In this document: piece by piece, positions 51,044 through 64,000 of the stretch
How the letters are laid out: each line of letters opens with the position of its first letter
How positions within the stretch are numbered: position 1 is the first letter of the stretch
NCBI GenBank assembly: GCA_002269645.1
Contig: NIVC01001011.1
Location: forward strand, 62,001-126,000
Reading direction: 5' to 3'
DNA from: Macrostomum lignano
Lineage: Eukaryota
Length of the DNA stretch: 64,000 nucleotides
The notes under the pieces: generated by a model
What the model was told of the DNA's origin: nothing
What the model saw: the letters and a program-made list of their open reading frames with translations, nothing else
Databases searched by the model: none
Made by a program: the position numbers and the translations under genes

Positions 51044-52456
51044 ATGGCAGACATTTTCAAGCAGTTGTACAGCATTAACATTGTCAACTACATCGGAGTC
51101 GAGGACTTCTCAGACCGGTTGAACTTTCTCTACACAGCAACACTTCTCACGATTTGCTGCACGATAACAATCGGCAGAGGCTACGTCATGCACCCGATCA
51201 GCTGCTATTTGCCCAACACCTTCGGCAGCTATCACGAAGAGAAAGACATGAAAGGCCAGCTGGAATTCGTCAACAACTACTGCTGGTCCGAGGGTACGTA
51301 CGCTGTGGATGTGAGAGAATTCCACCTAGAAGGCACGTCAGATAGCGGCGGCCTCGAGCTGTACGCGGACAGGAAGATCAACTTCTACCAATGGGTGCCA
51401 TTTGTGCTGGCGCTGCAGAGTCTGTGCTTCTACCTGCCCAGAGTGATCTGGCATGCTGTGAGCTTTGGCCGGGCCGGCACCGACGTCGGACACATTGTCA
51501 AGGTGGCGCGTGACGCGTCGCGCGCCGACGACAAGAAGCACGACCGATTGCTGAACCACGCCTGCCGCATGATTGAGCAGATGCTGGACAGGCAGGCGAA
51601 CAAAGCCCGACCGGACGACCAGAGCCAGCTTGAAGGCATCCGGCGGGCCTGCAATCGATGCCTAGCGATTGCCATGCCGACGCGTTTTGTTGGCAGCGGG
51701 CTTATATTTACCTACCTGCTAATCAAGCTGGCTTACATTGGAAACGCAATCGGTCAGTTAGCACTAATGCAGAATTTTCTGCAGCTGAATTCAACTCGCT
51801 ATAGTCTACTCGGCATTAAATTGCTTGACGACATCATCTGGGGCAAGGACTGGCACAATACTATGGTGTTTCCTAGAATTGGCTGTTGCGCAGTCTACCT
51901 TCGCTCCGCTGCTCGCGGTAACTGGCAGTTCTCGCAGTGCTCCCTGCCAGTCAATATGATCTACGAGAAAATCTACGTATTTCTATGGTTCTGGTTTATC
52001 TTCGTAGCGTTGGCAACCATTTTCAGTACAATATCCTGGATCTGGAGATTGTGCAATGCGGCCATGAGCAGCAGATTTGTGCGCAAGTACCTCAAGCTGG
52101 CCGACAACTACGAGGAGCTGAAGAAATCCGGTCAGGTGAAGGGCTTTGTTAGAAACTTTCTACGTCGAGACGGCGCCTTCCTAATGAAGATGATCGCGCT
52201 GAACTGCGGTGATCTAATCTGCGCGGAGGTCATCCAGACGCTTTGGTTGCGCTACAAAAAAGCCAAAGGCTTCATAGCCCTGGATGAGGCCCAGCAGGAA
52301 AATCTCGAGAATGCGGTGCTGAAGCTCAGCTGCAAAAATTTGCCGTTGTCGGCTGATAATAAGACTCGGCGTCGGTTTTTCCATCGTCAGCAGAGCCTAC
52401 CGATTAATTCGCTGTTCCGGCATGAGGAAGGCGCGACCCCAAAGCGTGAGGGTTGA
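51044..52456 (+). CDS. inx: Innexin (470 aa), intronless CDS
   Basis: EDFSDRLNF, ISCY..NNYCW, FYQWVPFVLALQSLCFYLP, FPRIGCC...QCSLPVNMIYEKIYVFLWFWF, RDGAFLMKMI; four hydrophobic segments. Confidence 0.95.
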   Translation: MADIFKQLYSINIVNYIGVEDFSDRLNFLYTATLLTICCTITIGRGYVMHPISCYLPNTFGSYHEEKDMKGQLEFVNNYCWSEGTYAVDVREFHLEGTSDSGGLELYADRKINFYQWVPFVLALQSLCFYLPRVIWHAVSFGRAGTDVGHIVKVARDASRADDKKHDRLLNHACRMIEQMLDRQANKARPDDQSQLEGIRRACNRCLAIAMPTRFVGSGLIFTYLLIKLAYIGNAIGQLALMQNFLQLNSTRYSLLGIKLLDDIIWGKDWHNTMVFPRIGCCAVYLRSAARGNWQFSQCSLPVNMIYEKIYVFLWFWFIFVALATIFSTISWIWRLCNAAMSSRFVRKYLKLADNYEELKKSGQVKGFVRNFLRRDGAFLMKMIALNCGDLICAEVIQTLWLRYKKAKGFIALDEAQQENLENAVLKLSCKNLPLSADNKTRRRFFHRQQSLPINSLFRHEEGATPKREG

Positions 52457-54056
52457 CTGCATGTTTGCTGCGCCTACAGTTTCTCTCGAATAGTGCCTGG
52501 TTAACACTCAACAGTGACACCCGCGTTGTGAGCAGAGATCGACCTAACTAGCATGTTTTGAGAGCATTTCGTGGTTCTGACTTCATCTTTGGCTGTGTAG
52601 TATAGCTTTAACTGTTCTGTAAACATGTGTTTTAGCAACATTCTTGTTTGGTTCTGAAATCTTACTCATACGAAATTAGTAAAATCACAAACTAATTTGA
52701 AAATTTTCTTAGAAATCCAGAAAACCGGTCACTAATTCATTTGAATTTTATTTAAATGGGCCATAAAATTTTCGTTAATATAACTTACCGCTACTTCTCT
52801 AACCCCGTTTTTCTTTACATGTACTTCTTTCAGATGTATTCAGATGATAATTCTTGATACAATACGGTTTCATGTCGAATCTCTCAGATGTGCATTATTT
52901 TATTTATTATTATTTACTTAGTAATTATTGTAAACAGTTTGTAGACACATTTTTGTGACTCATTTATATACATTATTTCTGCCATAGAGCCTATACATTT
53001 CAATGTGTTTCTTATTATGACAATCTGAAGTTTGAGAATATGCGCCTTTAGACTAAAAAATATGAAATATACGTATGCATTCTATGCATATAAAATTTTT
53101 TATAATCAGCAATTATAAAATATAAAAAGTGACGAAGCTGCACTTATTTTTGACAATACATTCATTCACTTTTGCTGGTAGCAGTTCGGCAGAGTTCCTA
53201 AAGTACATTTATCTAGCTCGAAAAGCCAGCCAAATGACTGGAATGAAATGAAATGAAAAGTTAGCAGAGCTGCTAGATCACGTCCTGTATTTGTCTGCAG
53301 GGTTCGGAACAATTAACCAAGCACCGAAGTGCACAAATGGTTGTTTAAACTTGGCTGGAATACAGGGTGTAAGGGTGCCTAGCTAGTAGCTACCACCAGA
53401 TTCCTTTCTTGTCTGTTAATGTCATTTTTTCCATCCTTAATGTCACATGCAGCTTCTGGCGTCTAATATTTGAATTTGTTTGTTTGCAACCAGGTCGAAA
53501 GCTGTAGCTGACTAGAATTAGCCCATGAATATTCCTTTATTGTAGGCATGCACGTAGTCGTTGAAAGAAAACAATCAGAATTCGTAGAATCGTAACTACG
53601 AACTCAGAAAAAGCAGAAACAAAATCAACCAGGTCATTGGTACTCGAATATCCAGAATCCAACATTGGAAAATAAATGTTTGTAATGAGATGTCGCATAA
53701 GTATTAAACACTTTACAATGAACACAGCTATTAGCTACATAGTTTGTATCACAAATTGGATTAATGACTTGATTTAGAAAAAATTACACACGAAAATTAT
53801 GGAAAATATTGCATGAAAATATCAAGCTCGGGGCTACACAAGTTTTAAAAAATTACGAGTGGTTTAATACAGCAATTTGGTAAAAGCACACATGCATTGG
53901 TGGCATAATAAGACTAATAAAGCTGTTGAAAACAAATGATCACATGAATGGACGATGACGCGAGTCGAATCTTGCGTGTCTAATGGAATCAACAAACCTG
54001 ACTGAAAAAAATGTTTGGACAAATAAAGTGTTAGCAGCTGATCAGCGATCCATATT

Positions 54057-55538
54057 CTAAGTTGTCGTTGAAATGCTTCTCTGATAAATCAGCCTACGCC
54101 GCTTCTGATCAGCGTACTTGTCTTCGACGTCCAACCCGATGTCATCGTCGATTTCCGAAGCCAGGGGCGCCGAGGGCTCTGCCGGTGGTTGATGAGTCAC
54201 CGACTGCAACAACAGCTTTGGTTTCTTGACTCTGGCCTGTTCTGGCAGACCAGCAGTTGAGATGACCACGAGGTTCTTGACTGAGACGCCGTGGTCTCCA
54301 TGTGTATCCTCGACCTTGTGCACTCCGTTGGACCGCAGGAAGCGGATCCAGAGGCGGCGAAGAATCTCCGTGCAGGCCAGATCGCCGCAGTTTAGCGCAA
54401 TCATTTTTAACAAAAAGGTGCCATCGTTTCGAAGAAACTCCAGTTCGAACTTCTTCAGCCAAGGATTGTTGCGCAATTGGTTGTAGTTATCCGCCAGCTT
54501 GAGGTACTGCTTTACAAAGCTGCTACGCCGGTGACCATGGCTGTAAATGCGAACAACCCAGACGAGAATGCTAATTGCTGTGGCCGAAGCTACAAATACC
54601 ATCCAGAACCACAGAAAGATGTAGATCTTCTCATTGATCATGTTGATTGGGAGGGCGCACTGCGACATCTGCCAGTTGCCGACGCCAGCCGTTTTCATGT
54701 AGACAGCGCACGATCCTACCCTCGGGAACACCATGCTGTTCTCCCAGTAAATTCCGCTGCTCAGGTCGCCAAGAAGTCTCAGTCCGAAGAGTCCGTACTC
54801 AGTGTTGTTTAGATTCAAGAATCTTTGCATGATGACCAGCTGGCAGGAGGCGTTGATAAAGTACAGCGTTTTGATGGCGAGGTAGCTGCATATGATCGTA
54901 TTGCCTTGCGGCTGAGTTGACAGTACCAGGCCAAACCGGTTTAGCGCCAGTTGTTGGACTGACCGCAGAGCGGAGTACTGGCTAAACTGATGACTGCGAC
55001 TGAGCAGCTGCTCAAGCCTTGCGCAGGCGTGTTGCATCAGCTTATTGTGCTTCTCCCTATCGGCCTGGATAGCGTCGCGAACTGTGCGCACGATGTGAGC
55101 AACGTCCGTACCGGAGCGCTGATTAGTGATGAAGTTCCACAGCACGCGGGGCAAGTAGAACATGATGCACTGCACGCCCAGCACCAAGGGCACCCATTGG
55201 TAGTAGGTGATTCGCTTGTCCCGGTAGCGGCCCAGTCCGCCGTCCTTTTGCGTGGCGTCGATGCTGAACTGTCTCGGGTGGACGGCAAACGTGCCCTCCG
55301 TCCAGCAATAGTTGTTCACAAACAGTTCTTGACCTGCTGTGCCAGAGCCAAACATGTTTGGAATGTAGCAGGCCAGCGGGTGAAAGACGTAGGTTCGAAC
55401 TGTGACCACCGAACAACATACTAGAAGTACGGTGACAGTAAACAGAAAATTTAATCGGTCAGGGAAATCCTCGAGTCCGATGTAGTTGAAGGCTTTCGGC
55501 AGAGCCTTGTACTGGTTGATGAGCTCGTTTGCCACCAT
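54057..55538 (-). CDS. inx: Innexin (493 aa), intronless CDS
   Basis: EDFPDRLNF, LACY..NNYCW, YYQWVP, FPRVGSC...QCALPINMINEKIYIFLWFW, NDGTFLLKMI. Confidence 0.95.
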   Translation of the reverse strand: MVANELINQYKALPKAFNYIGLEDFPDRLNFLFTVTVLLVCCSVVTVRTYVFHPLACYIPNMFGSGTAGQELFVNNYCWTEGTFAVHPRQFSIDATQKDGGLGRYRDKRITYYQWVPLVLGVQCIMFYLPRVLWNFITNQRSGTDVAHIVRTVRDAIQADREKHNKLMQHACARLEQLLSRSHQFSQYSALRSVQQLALNRFGLVLSTQPQGNTIICSYLAIKTLYFINASCQLVIMQRFLNLNNTEYGLFGLRLLGDLSSGIYWENSMVFPRVGSCAVYMKTAGVGNWQMSQCALPINMINEKIYIFLWFWMVFVASATAISILVWVVRIYSHGHRRSSFVKQYLKLADNYNQLRNNPWLKKFELEFLRNDGTFLLKMIALNCGDLACTEILRRLWIRFLRSNGVHKVEDTHGDHGVSVKNLVVISTAGLPEQARVKKPKLLLQSVTHQPPAEPSAPLASEIDDDIGLDVEDKYADQKRRRLIYQRSISTTT

Positions 55539-56534
55539 TTTGAGGCGGAGGCCTGCTATACTCGATCGGCTGAAGCTGAAATGGTTTTAAAGTATGAGTT
55601 TATGCATCACTGTGGCACGGTCGAGCGTTTCTCGCTTAATACTGTCTAGTGGCCAATGGATGGTTCGACAAGGCGACCAAATTCTCCGGACAAGCTGGAA
55701 GAAAAACTGAGGAAAGGGGGAGAGGGGAGAGATCTCTATAAGTACGGAGGCTTCCCCAATGCACGCACACTTTGGTAATCCCAAAATTTACAACACTGGG
55801 GGGCGGTCAGCCTGCATTGCTGTACAGTCAACACAAATAGCGAGACGAACGAACGTTCCTTAGAGGGTAGAGAAGGTTAAATCGATTGTACACTCGGAAA
55901 GGAAAAAGTATCAGTTGCTATCTTTATACGCATTCTTATCGTGTATTAACATAATATAGCTGCTTCCTATATGCTCTAAAATAGCTTGTCAGCTGAAAAT
56001 ACCATTCTCGCGCATGTATTCGCATAAATGATGCATTGCAAATTACAGAGATATAATACTTACACAGAAATAAATATTACAGGCACTTAGTTGCAAGATA
56101 CACGCAGAAATACAAAAATTCTTGGATACTTTCGGACTGTAAGAGTCAATAAAAAATGAAACATGCAAAAAATTATGAGAATACATCTGACAAATGGCAC
56201 ATGCGATACATGCAATCTGTGCGATATTTCTCAAAAGAAAGATACTGTAGAGCAAACTGTATTTACAAATTTACTGAAAGTAAAAGTTCAGAAAGTTTCT
56301 CACGGGACTGCTGTACCACCTTTGACCTTTTTTATTCACTCTAATATAAAGTTACGAGGACATGCAGCTTATTCACCCAGTTCAATCTCATCCTCGGAGT
56401 GACCGAAGTTCTCTGAAATTGCCGATTCAATTCTGACAATGCTGCTAGACACTAGGTAGCTCAATGATTATGCCAAACTGATGGAAGACCGACATTTCAC
56501 TGCCATTGCGGTATTCGACTGCCGACATTTTAGG

Positions 56535-56612
56535 CTAGGGTTAGGGTGGGGTTAGGGTGGGTTAGGGTGGGGTTAGGGTGGGGTTAGGGTGGGGTTAGGG
56601 TGGGGTTAGGGT
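56535..56612 (+). repeat. Telomere-like (TTAGGGTGGGG)n tract
   Basis: About 7 copies of an 11-bp unit containing TTAGGG. Confidence 0.9.
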
Positions 56613-56717
56613 CAAATCTTCTCTACATGAAGTATATGGTGATATTTGAATTGTGGCAGTGATATAGGGCCAGTCTAAACCCGAAAGCATAAGCTGGATA
56701 AATCGATGAACGATGGC

Positions 56718-57314
56718 TCAAACCTCATAAAAGTCACTGTCACTTCGAGTTACACGTTTCTTCGGCGACTGTTTCTCATCCTGATGCCGCTGTTCATTCT
56801 TCTCACAATCGATCTCAAATTCACCGCCGTCTTCGTCGATGGCTTTAAACTCGTCGATTTCGGGCAGCTTGCCGAAGGACTGCCACTTCGGCGATGGAAG
56901 CGACGATTGGCACTCGGGCAGAGACGGCGGCGGCTCGGAGGTGCGGCGGAACAGCTTCGGGCGTAGCCGGCGCACGTCTCGACGAGTTTTGGGCTGCTCG
57001 TTCAGGTTGTTGCAGGAAAGTCGCAGCATGCAGCTGGAACGGCGCAGGCCTCCCTGCGACTGCGGCTGCTGGGCCTCGGCGCATTTGCTCTTGTAGTCAG
57101 TCCAGAGGTTCTGAATGATCTCCGAGCAGATGATGTCGCCGCAGTTTAGTGCGATCATCTTCAGCACGAAGGTGCCATCGTGACGCAAGTAGCTTCGCAT
57201 GAATTTTTTGAACCGAACGGTCCGCTTCAGCTCGTTGTAGTTATCGGCCAGCTTCAGGTACTTGGTGACGAACGTGCCCCGGATGCCCGAGTTAAATAGG
57301 CGCAAAATCCACAT
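56718..57314 (-). CDS. inx: Third innexin, terminal exon only; upstream exon(s) outside the window
   Basis: After acceptor ACCCTCCTAG| it reads MWILRLFN...FVTKYLKLADNY...YLRHDGTFVLKMIALNCGDIICSEIIQNLW, closely similar to the C-termini of the other two innexins. Confidence 0.88.
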   Translation of the reverse strand: MWILRLFNSGIRGTFVTKYLKLADNYNELKRTVRFKKFMRSYLRHDGTFVLKMIALNCGDIICSEIIQNLWTDYKSKCAEAQQPQSQGGLRRSSCMLRLSCNNLNEQPKTRRDVRRLRPKLFRRTSEPPPSLPECQSSLPSPKWQSFGKLPEIDEFKAIDEDGGEFEIDCEKNEQRHQDEKQSPKKRVTRSDSDFYEV

Positions 57315-58277
57315 CTAGGAGGGTTAATGATTGAAATGGATAAAATTATTAATTTCTAAAGAGTGGCTTTTCGAGAATGTAAGACGGCTTATCCTAAACT
57401 TTAAGCGCAAGGTGCCAGTAGTGTCAGCTAACCCAGTTCCGCCAGGGTACCGCAGCCCCTAGAGAATATTATTCGGCATTAGGGTCATACCTCGGCAGGC
57501 AGACAAAAAACAACTCAAACAGTATTCTGCTTTTTCGATACATACAGCTGTCCCATTCAATGCGATGCAATCATACACATCATACACTTGCCCTCCTGGC
57601 TGACCTGTATAAATTAAATACTTTTTCAATTATCATTGAAACATGCAGTTCAAACCACTTGTTAGAATAATCCCAAATTAGTTTTTAAACATCAACATCA
57701 AGGACTTACGTTATTTTCTGAAGGTCACAGCAATTGTTCGCAGTTTGTATTTTGCACTGCATAAAGAGTCAAAATTGGCAGAAAACTAGCCTAAAAGTGA
57801 AAATTGCGCCAAACCCGACCCGAACCCCGAACCCCCTATTCAGCATGCTTGGTAATTAAGCCGGTATACAACCGGCCAACGATTAATATTTTATGGAACA
57901 CAGAAACAGCCTGGTCACAGAAGACTATTTTTAGATAAATAAGAAACTGCATCACCCTAAAGCTGTTCACCCTGAGTTTCAAAATCTGACCCGCATTTTT
58001 AAATGAAGAGCAGCTCTGTGCATTCATACAGACAGGTAAGGGCGCGGTAATAAAGCCAAAAAAAGTTTTTCAACCATCCAAAACTTTTGTGGGTAATAGC
58101 AACCTCACGCTTGTATCGAAATAAATAAATTTTGCTTAACAAAATTTCAATCTGCGCAGACAAGATTTGAACTGGCACAGACATTGTTCATGACCCAGCG
58201 AGCTTACTTAATGATTAAAACTATGCTTAATACTAAAGCAGTGATTGAGCAGCGTTAGTTCTCAATACTAGTTCTCA

Positions 58278-64000
<5,723 letters not shown>

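Noticed and set aside
56535-56612. True telomere or chromosome end
   Set aside because: Short, an 11-bp variant unit, and flanked by unique sequence on both sides.

Overview
Eukaryotic (animal) genomic DNA with GC-rich exons and AT-rich introns, many of which hold a minisatellite. This architecture, the intron-poor innexins and the acceptors placed just before start codons fit a free-living flatworm such as Macrostomum; the taxon is an inference. Spliced gene models I could reconstruct: TAF8 (+); an unknown 3-4 exon gene just downstream ending in an AT-hook-like motif and coiled coil; three tandem paralogues of shrinking size (550, 176 and 76 aa); a small orphan ORF; type I PIP5K; a solitary replication-type histone H2A; a 5'-incomplete coiled-coil gene (-); a secreted PAN/Apple-like plus fibrinogen-domain gene (-); and three innexins, the third with only its last exon in the window. 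Repeats include about 20 minisatellites, (TCTG)n and >5.7 kb (GATA)n satellites, two tRNA-derived SINEs, a Mutator/foldback-like element with a 9-bp TSD, nested hAT-like MITEs and large palindromes. The most striking unexplained signals are (1) nine histone 3' stem-loop-like elements, four downstream of the single H2A gene and five arrayed in the sense strand of an intron of a non-histone gene, and (2) several minisatellites whose units are copies of splice donors or complete acceptor-microexon-donor cassettes. No prokaryotic features, CRISPR arrays, rRNA or true tRNA genes were found.
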